Origin: an uncultured Calditrichaceae bacterium
GTDB lineage: Bacteria > Calditrichota > Calditrichia > Calditrichales > Calditrichaceae
DNA length: 64,000 bases
NCBI GenBank assembly: GCA_964536685.1
Contig: CAZIBE010000001.1
Location: 62,310 to 126,309 of the forward strand
Reading direction: 5' to 3'
Shown here: positions 27,801 to 37,300 of the stretch, piece by piece
Position numbering within the stretch: the first letter of the stretch is position 1
Layout of the letters: the number at the start of each line of letters is the position of its first letter
Position numbers and translations under genes: made by a program
The notes under the pieces: generated by a model
The model's database searches: none
What the model was told of the DNA's origin: nothing
Seen by the model: the letters and a program-made list of their open reading frames with translations, nothing else

Positions 27801-30800
27801 GAGTCTTCTTCGATGAAAAAGGCCGGCATTTGCGGATGAATGCGCTGTATAGGCTCGCTGTTTTTGATATGGAAGGTTGTTCTCAACGAAGGATGACGAT
27901 CGATCAGTTCCTGAAAAGAAGCGCGCAGCGTTTCTTTATCAAAATCCGAACGAATGCGCACAGCATACGCCAGATTGAAAATACTGTCCGGATTCATCAT
28001 ATGTTGGAAGAACATGGCCTTTTGGCCGTAGGAAAGTTTAAATTCGCGTATTTCCGTATCATGAATTGGCTGCAGCGGTTGTTCTTCTTTGGCAGTTGCC
28101 AGTGAGGCTTCTTCCAATTGTTCCATAAATTCATGGCTCAAATCGTTGACCGACGGTCCTTTAAGCAAGGCGGCGATGGGCAGTTGCAGGCCCAGCTTAC
28201 TTTCTACCATATTTTTTAACTCGATGGCCATTAAGGAATCGATGCCCAGGGTGGTTAGCGCCTGATCGCGCCGGATTTTAGCTGCCGGCACTTTTACGAC
28301 GCGGGCAATCTCCGCGGAGAGATAACTTTCCAGCAATTTTTTGCGCTCGGCCGGCGCTAAGGCAATAAGCTCGGCGCGGCTGATTTCTTCGGCCGGACTC
28401 TCTTCTTCTGCGGCGTCTTTTTGGGAATAGGTATTCACCAGCCCGCGATACAACCCGGGAATTTTTTCCTGCGGCAATTTGGATGCCATACTCTGCCAGT
28501 CGGCTTCGGTGATGATAAAATCGCCCTGACGGCGAAAGACCAGCTCGCTAAGGATGTTCCAGCGTATCAGGGCTTTCTTCATATCGTCAGGAACGTTGCC
28601 GCCCAATTGCAGATGCATGGCCGGCAAGACGTCCTGTTCGCGACGGCGGTTTAGAGCGCGGATAAAGTGAGCTAAATTCAGTAGTTTATGTCCGTATTTT
28701 TCCGTTTTTAGCAGATTAAAGTGAGAAATGGTTGTGAAATATTCCAACTCATTTTCGGCCAGCGCATCATAAACGTTTTTAATCTGTGCAATCACTTTTT
28801 GCGGATGCCGGACGCCACTCAGCGATGACAGACTAATGAAAGCGCCTTTAACATCTTTGAAGTCTTCGGCATTCTTCCCTTCGATAATGCGAATTTTGAT
28901 TTTATTACCGGTATGCTTCAAAAAGCGTTCAACCGCTTTTTGCGTAACCGCAGGCGTTTCATCTAACGTTAACAGGGCGATATTCTGTGCACCCCGGCGG
29001 GCCATCCACAGCGCCAGAGCCAAATCGTTCACGCTGCTTGTTCCGGCTATTAAATATTTGGACGAAACGTCAAATATGCGGGCGTGGTTCTTTTCGGAAA
29101 TCTGTGTATCATCCGGCGTAACCACGATTTTGCCAAATTTGAGATTATGTTCTACCTGTCTGAACAACACCGGCAGATGCGCTATTCCGGAACTGTGTGC
29201 GGGTGTCAGACGGTAAGTGCCGTCGGATAGGCGCGTTACGATTTCGCCGAATAAACGTTGGAATAACTTTTGTTGATCCTGACTCATATGCAGAATATCC
29301 ACGGCGAAAAAGGCAATATTACGGCGCAGGTTGTGGTAAACAATGGGTTGATCGAAGGTGTCCTGCGTGTTCAGTTCCACAAAACGGCCAAATTCCTTAA
29401 GGATGGAAAAGCTGTTGGAAACATGGTCGTTGCGCACCGTATTGACGATCACATCCACGCCTTCGTTAGAAGTGAGGCTGTTGATGCGATCGATGAAATC
29501 CAGATTGCGGTCGTCGAACACATGTTTCACGCCCAAATCGCGCACTAAGTCGCGATGCTCGGCATTTAGGACTGTAGCGTAAATGCGCGCTTTTAAGCTC
29601 TGGGCAACCATGAGATTGGCCAGGCCTTCCGGCGTGTCGGCATCTAAAATTAAAACGCTTTCGCCGGCATTCAGATGCGCCAGATAGGTTAGGGCATAGT
29701 GGGCGGCGATGTAATTCAAAGGAATGGCCGCGGCTTCCTCGAAAGTTAGCTTTTCGGGCTTGGGCACAGCTAAATTGGCGGAGGTGGCCACATATTTATT
29801 AAAGCAGCCTCTGGCCACGGCAAGCACTTCGTCGCCTTCCTTAAAAGCGGTTACTTTTTTACCGGCCCGTACGACTACGCCGGCGCATTCGAAACCGAGC
29901 TTATCCGGAACGTTTTGACTGCTCTGGCGCACATCAAGCAGATTGAGGCCGGTTGCCTTTACTTCAATCTCAATTTCATTTTCGGCGGGCAGGGCGTGTT
30001 TACTGGAAAGCAGCGGGAAAATTTCGCTGATTACGGGCGATTGCTGCATCAGGCTGGCATGTTTCATCCTGGGCACAAAAACCGCTTTATGGCGTATCGC
30101 TAAATGTTTTTCATGGGTCGGCAAAAGCAGATAATTGAACAATCCTTTATGCGGCCGGTCGGTATCCAGCAGGCGTATATCCAGTTCGCTGAAAAGCGAT
30201 TGCAGGCGCAGCGCCATATCCCAACATAAAGCGGCCTCGCCATTTGGGTCGCTGTGTAATTGGGGGAATGACAAGGCGTTCTGCGTTACGATCCACAACT
30301 GTTCCGGCAAAACGCTTGATTGGCCGAGCGCATGTTCCAGCGCGGCAAAGTTTGTCAGAGCCTGCTCTTCATCCCAAAGCGCAAACAGCACCACCGCCGA
30401 CTCTGCGCTGATAATCTTTGCAAACAAATCCGTGAGACTCTCTTTATCCCTAAAAGAAATTTCGCCGGCGTCTTCTGCCGTTAAGAGGTTTTCTTCTCCC
30501 GGTATTAAAGAAATCACGGTACGCCGTTTTTGCCGAAGCCTGGAAACTAAATGATCCGCTTCGCCGATGACGACCCACTGCGTGGGTAAATCGATGATCG
30601 TCGAAGCCGGCGCCTCTAATTTTTCCCAGTCAATTTCATATAAAAGATCGGCAATAGCCTCGCTAAAAGGCACTTCCTGCAGGCGGAAATTATTGGCGCG
30701 CAAAATCGGCTGGCCTTCGGTGTCGAACAAGTGAATATTGCTTTTGAAAATAACCGAAGAACCGCTGTCCCGTTCAATTTTAATATGCGCCCAAAATTCT

Positions 30801-33800
30801 TTGTTCAGCGATTTAATAAATTCGAATTTTTCCAGAGAACGCGGTTTGTAAATAAGCGGCCGCGGGCTGCCGCTCTGGGCGATGAGCGTCATTAAGCGGA
30901 CGATATTATTTAATACGATGGGATGGATATGATAGCTGTCCCAGTCCTGAATATGATTGCCGGTAAAACTGAATTTGACTAACAACTCGTCCTGATTGTG
31001 CCAAAAATCACCTCCGGAAATAAAGAAATTGCTGTAAAAATTTCCGTTCGGGACATGATGCCCCTTAAGCTGCTCCGGCGATTCCAGCTTTTGCATGCGC
31101 TGTTTAAGTTCGTCGATGGACACTGCCGGCAGGGACTGCTCGGCGGGCCTCTCTGCGCTGATAATAGAACCCAAGCTATGTGTAATCCAGCGTGATTTAC
31201 CGGAAGACAACCGCTTTTTGCTGTGCGCCTGAAAATAGCTTTTGGAAGTGGAAACCGGCGTAAGCGTGAAATGCAGCTCGCGGAAGTTATCTCCGCGCAG
31301 ATTGAGCGTATTTTTGAATATAATATCCTGTAAAACAGCAGAAGTATCGGGGAATGCCTGGACCGAAGCAGCCAGCGCCATTTCCAGATAGGCAGATTCG
31401 GGCAAGATCGTGTGCCGTTCTCCCTGACCGGTATTCAGATAGGCCACGTAATCGGATTTCAACTGCACCGTCCACGAAGAATTGTTCGGCAGCATGGCCG
31501 CTGATTGTTCTTTGCCTAACAGCGGATGCAAGGAAGGACCGGTCTCCGTTGCGGAGCTTGTCTCTTTGGTATCGATCCAGAAGCGTTCTCTTTGGAACGG
31601 ATAGAGCGGCAGATTCAAAAAAGCGGCATTTTTCGGGAACAGTTTATTCCAGTTTATGGGATAGCCGGCGATGTAAAGTTTTGCCAAAGTGCTTAACATG
31701 CCTTTGCGCTCGGCCTCTTTACGGCGCAGGGAAGGCAGGATATGAGCGGATTTGCCTGAATCCTGCAAGTTCTGACGAATGTAATTTTTAAGAACGGGAT
31801 GCGGGCCGATTTCAATAAATACATTAAATCCCGTGGAAATCAGCGAATCGATGGTCTCGGAAAAGCGCACCCGTTCGCGAATATTATTTGCCCAGTATTG
31901 CGGACCGTAATCGTCTTTTTCGGCCACTTTCCCGGTAACGGTCGAATAGAGCGGAATGTGCATGGGCTGCAATTCCAGGCCCTGCAAGGCCTCTTTTAAT
32001 TCGTTTTTAAACGGCTCCATGGTCGGGCTGTGAAAAGCGTAGTTTACGGGCAGCTTTTTATGGAAGGCGTCGCGGCCTTCCAATTTGGCAAAGACGGCGT
32101 CCAGCGCCTGTTCATCGCCGGAAAGCACGTACGAGGTGTGGCTGTTGTGTGCGCCGATGGATAGTTTGTCTTCATAGCCGGCGATCAGTTCTTTTAATTC
32201 ATCGAAGGGCAGGTCGATAGCCGCCATTTTGCCTAAACCGGTAGCTTTTTGCATCAGACGGCTGCGGTGGTAAATAACCTTAACCGCGTCTTTTAGAGTG
32301 AGTCTTCCCGAAACGTAGGAGGCGGCGACTTCGCCTACGCTGTGGCCGGTTACGGCGTCCGGAATAACGCCCCAACTGCGCCAGAGTTCTGCTAATGCCA
32401 CCTGAATGGCGAACAACGCCGGTTGAGCCACTTCTGTCTGGTCTAAGCGGGTTTCTTGTTCGGATGCAGACAGTTCGTCTATTAAAGACCAGCCGGTATA
32501 TTCCTTTAAAAGGGCAGAGATGTGTTCAACGGCAGAGCGAAATGCGGGTTCTTCCTGCATTAATTCGCGTCCCATGGCCCACCACTGCGGCCCCTGACCG
32601 GAAAAAACAAAAGCGGCCTTGGCTTGAAAACCCGCATCACGCAATCCTCTGTGAATGAGAGGATCGTCTTCGTTTTTCAGGGTAGTTGTTATTTTTTCAC
32701 TGAAATCCTTTTTGTTCTCGGCAACGACGGCCAGTCTGTAATCCAGATGATTTCGCTTTAGAGCAGAATCAGCAGCCAGCGAATAAAACGAAAAAGCGCC
32801 GTCGGCTAACTGTTTTTCTGCAAAATGACCATAGGCTTCTGCCAGTTCGTTTAACGAGTTTTCGCTTTGGGCGGAAAGTACCACTAACTGGGCTTGTTCG
32901 TCGTAGGCATCCTCTGCTTTGGCTTCAAACCAGGGCTGCTCCGGCGCCTGTTCTAAGATTATGTGAGCGTTGGTTCCGCCAAAGCCAAAAGCGCTGACGC
33001 CGGCCAGATGTTTTTTCTTGTTCGCAGGAAAGTCGGTCAATTGCGTCGGAATAACAATAGGCAATTCATCCAATGAGATGTGCGGATTAATTTTCTGAAA
33101 ATGCAAATGGGGCGGAATCTGTCCGTTTTTTAACGATAAGATAGTTTTAATAATTCCGGCTACGCCGGCGGCCGCTTCCAGATGGCCAATATTGGTTTTA
33201 ACCGAACCCAGATAACAGGGACTTTCTTTGGAGCGGTCTTTCATGACCATGCCCAAAGCCTGCACCTCGATGGGATCGCCTAAAATAGTGCCGGTTCCGT
33301 GGGCTTCGATATAATCGATATCTTCGGCTTTTACGCCGGCATTTTTTAAGGCTGTGCGTATGACCTTTTGCTGGGCCAAACTGTTAGGAGCGGTTAAGCC
33401 GTTGCTTTTTCCGTCCTGATTTACGGCTGAGCCGCGAATTACGGACAGAATATGATTTTTATCGCGTATGGCGTCGGATAAGCGTTTGAGCACGATAATG
33501 CCCACGCCTTCGCCGCGCACATACCCGTCGGCGCTGGCGTCGAAAGTGCGGCAGCGTCCGCTGGGGGACATCATTTGCGCCTGCGAGAAGGTAACGGTCA
33601 GTTCCGGAGAGAGAATAAGTCCTGCGCCGCCGGCCAGCGCCAAATCCGATTCATGGGTGCGCAAACTTTGACAGGCGTAGTGTGTAGCCACCAACGAAGA
33701 GGAACAGGCTGTATCGATGGACAGGCTGGGACCCTCCAGATCAAAAGTGTAAGAGATGCGGTTTGCGGCAATGGAAAAGGCGTTGCCGATGCCGGTGTAG

Positions 33801-34324
33801 GCGTCGATCTTTCTTAAATCGTTTCCCTGAATATGCGAGTAGTCGTTGTTGCTAATCCCTATAAACACGCCGGTTCTGGTTTTCGATAATTGCGGCAAAA
33901 CAATACCGGCATTTTCCAGCGCCTGCCAGGTAACCTCTAAAAGCAAGCGCTGCTGCGGGTCCATCTTGTAGGCTTCTCTGGGCGAGATGCCAAAGAACTG
34001 GGGGTCGAATTTGTCTACTTCTTCGATGAATCCGCCCCATTTGGTGATGATTTTACCCGGTTTGCCCGGCTCCGGATCGTAGAGTTGATCGGCGTCCCAG
34101 CGCTCCGGCGGCACTTCGCTGATGCCGTCCACGCCGTTTTTGAGCAGCTGCCAGAACTCCTCCGGATTCCGCGCTCCGGGCAAACGGCAGCCCAGCCCGA
34201 TAACGGCAATCGGTTCGTTTTTTTCCTTTTGCAGGGTTTTTAGTTTGCCTTTCATTTCTTCCAGGGCAACTAAGGCGCGTTTTAAAGGCGATAAATTATC
34301 CAGCCGCTTTTTGCTATCACTCAT
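24815..34324 (-). CDS. Hybrid PKS-NRPS: KS-AT-DH*-ER*-KR*-ACP-C-A-T (* = apparently degenerate)
   Basis: ORF track, 3169 aa. KS: EPIAVIGLGCRLPG, DTACSSSLV, EAHGTGTILGDP, KTNIGHLEAAAG. AT: FVFSGQGPQWW, GHSVGEV, NYAFHS. DH-like, ER-like and KR-like regions are colinear with those of the upstream PKS. ACP: LGIDSLMAIELKN. C: KLSYGQKAMFFQHMMNP, HHIITDIWS. A: YTSGSTGKPKGA, NGYGPTEATIC, YRTGD, NGKLDRKKLP. T: FFELGGHSL. The start overlaps the upstream gene's stop by 4 nt (ATGA). Hand-extracted specificity residues: DAETVAGICK. Confidence 0.95.
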   Translation of the reverse strand: MSDSKKRLDNLSPLKRALVALEEMKGKLKTLQKEKNEPIAVIGLGCRLPGARNPEEFWQLLKNGVDGISEVPPERWDADQLYDPEPGKPGKIITKWGGFIEEVDKFDPQFFGISPREAYKMDPQQRLLLEVTWQALENAGIVLPQLSKTRTGVFIGISNNDYSHIQGNDLRKIDAYTGIGNAFSIAANRISYTFDLEGPSLSIDTACSSSLVATHYACQSLRTHESDLALAGGAGLILSPELTVTFSQAQMMSPSGRCRTFDASADGYVRGEGVGIIVLKRLSDAIRDKNHILSVIRGSAVNQDGKSNGLTAPNSLAQQKVIRTALKNAGVKAEDIDYIEAHGTGTILGDPIEVQALGMVMKDRSKESPCYLGSVKTNIGHLEAAAGVAGIIKTILSLKNGQIPPHLHFQKINPHISLDELPIVIPTQLTDFPANKKKHLAGVSAFGFGGTNAHIILEQAPEQPWFEAKAEDAYDEQAQLVVLSAQSENSLNELAEAYGHFAEKQLADGAFSFYSLAADSALKRNHLDYRLAVVAENKKDFSEKITTTLKNEDDPLIHRGLRDAGFQAKAAFVFSGQGPQWWAMGRELMQEEPAFRSAVEHISALLKEYTGWSLIDELSASEQETRLDQTEVAQPALFAIQVALAELWRSWGVIPDAVTGHSVGEVAASYVSGRLTLKDAVKVIYHRSRLMQKATGLGKMAAIDLPFDELKELIAGYEDKLSIGAHNSHTSYVLSGDEQALDAVFAKLEGRDAFHKKLPVNYAFHSPTMEPFKNELKEALQGLELQPMHIPLYSTVTGKVAEKDDYGPQYWANNIRERVRFSETIDSLISTGFNVFIEIGPHPVLKNYIRQNLQDSGKSAHILPSLRRKEAERKGMLSTLAKLYIAGYPINWNKLFPKNAAFLNLPLYPFQRERFWIDTKETSSATETGPSLHPLLGKEQSAAMLPNNSSWTVQLKSDYVAYLNTGQGERHTILPESAYLEMALAASVQAFPDTSAVLQDIIFKNTLNLRGDNFRELHFTLTPVSTSKSYFQAHSKKRLSSGKSRWITHSLGSIISAERPAEQSLPAVSIDELKQRMQKLESPEQLKGHHVPNGNFYSNFFISGGDFWHNQDELLVKFSFTGNHIQDWDSYHIHPIVLNNIVRLMTLIAQSGSPRPLIYKPRSLEKFEFIKSLNKEFWAHIKIERDSGSSVIFKSNIHLFDTEGQPILRANNFRLQEVPFSEAIADLLYEIDWEKLEAPASTIIDLPTQWVVIGEADHLVSRLRQKRRTVISLIPGEENLLTAEDAGEISFRDKESLTDLFAKIISAESAVVLFALWDEEQALTNFAALEHALGQSSVLPEQLWIVTQNALSFPQLHSDPNGEAALCWDMALRLQSLFSELDIRLLDTDRPHKGLFNYLLLPTHEKHLAIRHKAVFVPRMKHASLMQQSPVISEIFPLLSSKHALPAENEIEIEVKATGLNLLDVRQSSQNVPDKLGFECAGVVVRAGKKVTAFKEGDEVLAVARGCFNKYVATSANLAVPKPEKLTFEEAAAIPLNYIAAHYALTYLAHLNAGESVLILDADTPEGLANLMVAQSLKARIYATVLNAEHRDLVRDLGVKHVFDDRNLDFIDRINSLTSNEGVDVIVNTVRNDHVSNSFSILKEFGRFVELNTQDTFDQPIVYHNLRRNIAFFAVDILHMSQDQQKLFQRLFGEIVTRLSDGTYRLTPAHSSGIAHLPVLFRQVEHNLKFGKIVVTPDDTQISEKNHARIFDVSSKYLIAGTSSVNDLALALWMARRGAQNIALLTLDETPAVTQKAVERFLKHTGNKIKIRIIEGKNAEDFKDVKGAFISLSSLSGVRHPQKVIAQIKNVYDALAENELEYFTTISHFNLLKTEKYGHKLLNLAHFIRALNRRREQDVLPAMHLQLGGNVPDDMKKALIRWNILSELVFRRQGDFIITEADWQSMASKLPQEKIPGLYRGLVNTYSQKDAAEEESPAEEISRAELIALAPAERKKLLESYLSAEIARVVKVPAAKIRRDQALTTLGIDSLMAIELKNMVESKLGLQLPIAALLKGPSVNDLSHEFMEQLEEASLATAKEEQPLQPIHDTEIREFKLSYGQKAMFFQHMMNPDSIFNLAYAVRIRSDFDKETLRASFQELIDRHPSLRTTFHIKNSEPIQRIHPQMPAFFIEEDSRSWSEEQLHSRLDEEVLNHFDLENGPLLRVFLFQKGAHDHVLLFVMHHIITDIWSQAVLLDELSQIFANGGVTTTLSPVVHDYTDFIRWQDRLLSGESEQKLFSYWKKKLHGDLPLLNIPTDRPRPAVQTFKGSTETIWFPAELSQQIHRFSEQQGITVFTVLLTAYYILLNRYTGQNDIVVGSPTAGRSKREFERTIGYFVNPVPFRTQLNAGQTFNDFLNQVQQTVLEAFDHMDYPLALMVEKLQPERDTSRTPLFQTMFILERAHLMHDQGLSKFALSREGATMDLGGLTIESMTLEQGVAPFDLTMMAVESGSGLAASLGYNIDLFDASTVQRMLTHYITLLESILKNPQKPLGLLEFLPDEERRLVLHEWNQHPEAFAEIKCIHRIIEEHAAQQPQKTALIFEEQQLSYDQLNRRANQLARHLIKLGVKVETIVGISVDRSIEMVVAMLAVLKAGGAYLPIDPTYPPERIRYMIHDAELKFIITTGDLVNKVHDEGRQLILLDDAGDIFQSDDGNPQTAVSADNLAYLIYTSGSTGKPKGAMLRHRGLVNALYSTRENYYMQADSRTLQFASFSFDASVEEIFSTLSAGATLVLVKKETLLSLPDLKTLLKQRQITNITLPPSVLSVLQPEDFSSLQSVVSAGEKCTPEIARRWSKGRYFINGYGPTEATICTTSFEAPDDFDLHIVPIGKPVKNARIYVLDGQLNPVPVGVPGEMYICGEGLARGYYNRPELTAERFLPDPYGDEQGARMYRTGDLVRFLPDGNLEFLDRVDQQVKIRGFRIELGEIEAALHTCPGIREAAVDARHIAGEIRLIAYLVNENDTSLNIGELKNCLLQHLPDYMIPTAFVKMAALPLTQNGKLDRKKLPDPDAQQTARKLVKPGSEIEQKIAEIWKGILGTDQFGVNDSFFELGGHSLGIVQVQGKIKEVFDKDLNVVDMFKYPTIRSLAKFLGDESSTKETIQKSQTRATRQREATKIQQQRMQRRRKR
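28500..31540 (-). other. Beta-processing loop (DH-psiKR-ER-KR) with key catalytic/cofactor motifs lost
   Basis: Compared position by position with the intact loop of the neighbouring PKS (34321-43116). The DH Asp motif HPALLDAGFQ becomes HPIVLNNIVR (~30900-30930), and GFNYGPVF becomes NGNFYSNFF. The ER NADPH motif HVASGGVGQAA becomes LDADTPEGLAN (~29600-29662). The KR Rossmann motif YLITGGAGALG becomes YLIAGTSSVND (~29011-29062), and GNYAAANAF becomes EKYGHKLLN. Confidence 0.65.
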
Positions 34325-37300
34325 AATATATCCTCGTCTGACTCCCCGGAGTCGTCCATGTCTTCTTCCAGCTTTTGCAGTAAAAGCGCTTCCGCTTCTT
34401 CATCTGAAAGATTCTCAATTTCATCAATTGTTTTATCTAATTGATCTTCCTTGCTTTCTTTCGCTTCTTCCTCCGGCTCTTCTGTTCCGGAGCCAAACGA
34501 GAGCACATCCGTTAACAGATAACCGGTTAGAGCCTCGATTGTGGGATAGTTGAAGACCATGGTAGCCGGCAGTTTTTTACCGATAGCGCGGTCTAAAGCG
34601 TTCTTCATCTCGATGGCCATCAGCGAGTCCAATCCCATTTCGCTTAAGGGCTTCTTGATATCTAATGAAGAATCATTTTCCAGCCCCAAGATTTTTGCCG
34701 TACGTTTGCGCAAAAACCCGGTGATGATTTGCCTGCGGTTTTCCGGTTCGGCTTCTTCCAACTGGAGAACCAATTCCGGCTTTTCAGCTTCGGCTGCGGG
34801 CTGCGCGCCTTGAGAAACGGAAAAATTCCTCAGCACGGCGGGTACGTCGAATCCCTCAAAACGTTTTAGAAACGCTTTCCAGCGGATGGGTAAAACGGCC
34901 ATATTCACTTCGGAAGTCTGCAATATTTTATCTAATAAAGCCAGCCCCTGCTCTGGTAAAATAGCGCCCAATCCGTTCCGGAATCGTTTTAATGCAGGAT
35001 CGGTATCTGCCGCCATACCGGAGCCGCTCCACGGTCCCCAATTAATACTGACCGCGGGTTGCTTAAGTGTCGCGCGATATTGGGCTAAGGAATCCAAAAA
35101 AGCATTAGCCGCGGCGTAGTTGCCTTGGCCGGGCGAGCCTAACAGGGAAGCCATGGAAGAAAAGTAGACCACAAAATCCAGGTCCATGCCGGCTGTAGCC
35201 CGGTGCAGATTCCAAGCTCCGTGCATCTTGGGCCGGAATACTTTTTGGAAGCGCTCGCGGGTTTGCTGCAGCAGATGACCGTCGTCGAGCACACCAGCGG
35301 CGTGGATAATTCCGCCAAGAGCATTGCCGTTTTGCGAGCCATAGGTTTTAATGAGGGCATTGACCTGTTCAAAATCACTCACATCGGCTGTTTTGAAGCT
35401 GACTTGCGCGCCTTTTTGTTTAAGAGTATTGATGCGTTCCAATGCGTTTCCCTGCGGTTCGTGCCGGCCGGTGAGCGCTATATGTTTGGCGCCGTTACGA
35501 ACCAGCCATTCGGCTACGGTTAAGCCCAGCGCGCCTGCTCCGCCGGTAATCAGATAAACGGCTTCAGGGCGGATGGACAACGAAGGAACTTGTACTTCGT
35601 TTTTGCTTACGTCTTGTGTAATGACCACTTTGCCGATGTGCTTGGCCTGCTGCATATAACGGAAAGCCGAGAGGGCGTCCTCGATGGCATAGGTGCGCAG
35701 GGGCAGCGGTTGTAAGCGGCCGGATGCGAACAGTTCCATTAATTCCCGAAACATGGATTGAATCAGTTCCGGCTGCTCTTTGGAAAGGTCGTCCAGCGCG
35801 ATGGCGTGGTAAGCCACATCCGGCCGTTTGGCCTGCATCTTTTCCGCATCCCAGATGCCCACTTTGCCGATCTCCAAAAAACGCCCGCCCGTTTGCAGAA
35901 TGGACAGACCCTTTGGAATGTAATCATCCGTTAAGGAATTTAACAGTACGTTCACGCCTTCGCCGTTAGTGATTTGCATAACTTCGTCGGCAAAATCCAG
36001 CGAACGGGAGTTCATGACGTGTTTAATGCCCTGATTGCGCAGGAAGGCGCGTTTTTCATCGCTGCCGGCTGTGGCAAAGATTTCGGCGTTTTTCAGTTTG
36101 GCCAACTGAATGGCCGCCTGTCCCACGCCGCCGGAAGCCACATGGATAAAAACCCGTTCCCCCTCGTCCAGATTAGCCAGCCGGTACAGAGCATAGTAAG
36201 CCGTCAAAAAAGTAATGGGAATGGTCGCCGCTTCGGCAAAGGAAATATTTTGCGGTTTTTTTACGGCTAAATCGGCGTAAGTGGTCACATAGTCGGCAAA
36301 ACTACCGGCGGCAATGGCAATCACCTCGTCGCCGACCTGCAGGTGCGTTACCTCCGGGCCCACAGCCACAACGGCGCCGGCGCATTCGCCGCCCAGGGGA
36401 CCGGGATCGCCGGGATATAAATCCAAAGCATTCAGGACATCGCGGAAATTCAGCCCTGTAGCCTGCACGCGGATTTCAACCTGGCCTGTGCCGGGCGGGA
36501 TGCGCTGCATGGGTTTCATTTGCAGGTTGTCCAGCATGCCTTTCTGTTCGATGACTAACTGTTCCGACGTTTGCTGTGCAGCGCTTAAATCGTCGTTAAC
36601 CTGCGTCAAACGGGCTACAAAACGTTGATTAGCGCGCAACGCCACTTGATCTTCTTGGCCGGATTCGGCTAATTCGGCGGCCAGCGCCGGCCACAAGCCG
36701 TCTGCTTTTTGCAGGTTAATATCCACGCGCACGCAAGATACATCCGGATGATCCAGAACGATGACCTTGCCCAGGCCCCATAAAGGAGCGTTTGCCGGAT
36801 TGGGCCGGTCGCCGGCGTGAACCATCTGAGACTGGTTTGTCACCAGCCAAAGCCGCGGCATATTGCTGCGTCCGGGCGCGGCTAAGGTTTGCAGCAGGTA
36901 CAGAACGCTTTCCGTGCTGAATTTCTGAGCTTCCATCAGTTTATCCGCAGACCAGTCGTCCTGCGCCTGCGCCGCGATGCTCCATAAATGCACAATGCCG
37001 CGCAAAGGTTCGCTTGTTTCCTGCTCGATTTCGCTCAGAAGCCGTCGATAATCTTCGGTGAAATCCGCTCGGATTTTCCAGCTTTGCTCTTCTCTGGCAA
37101 ATTGTTCCGCCGGCAGAACCGTAATAACCGAACCGCTGTTCTTTTCGATTTCTTCCTTTAGCAAACGTCCTTGCTGCGTCTCATCCATAAACAACAGCCA
37201 TCGGCCGCTAAGATCGACTTTTTCTGCGGACGGCGCCTGGCTTTCCCACTGGAGCCGGTACAGCCATTTGGATGATTCGCTGTCCAACAAGGCCATTAAA

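Noticed and set aside
34122-34553. 143-aa plus-strand ORF spanning the junction of the two largest PKS genes
   Set aside because: It is antisense to both coding regions and to their ATGA overlap, and its proline/serine-rich translation has no motif.
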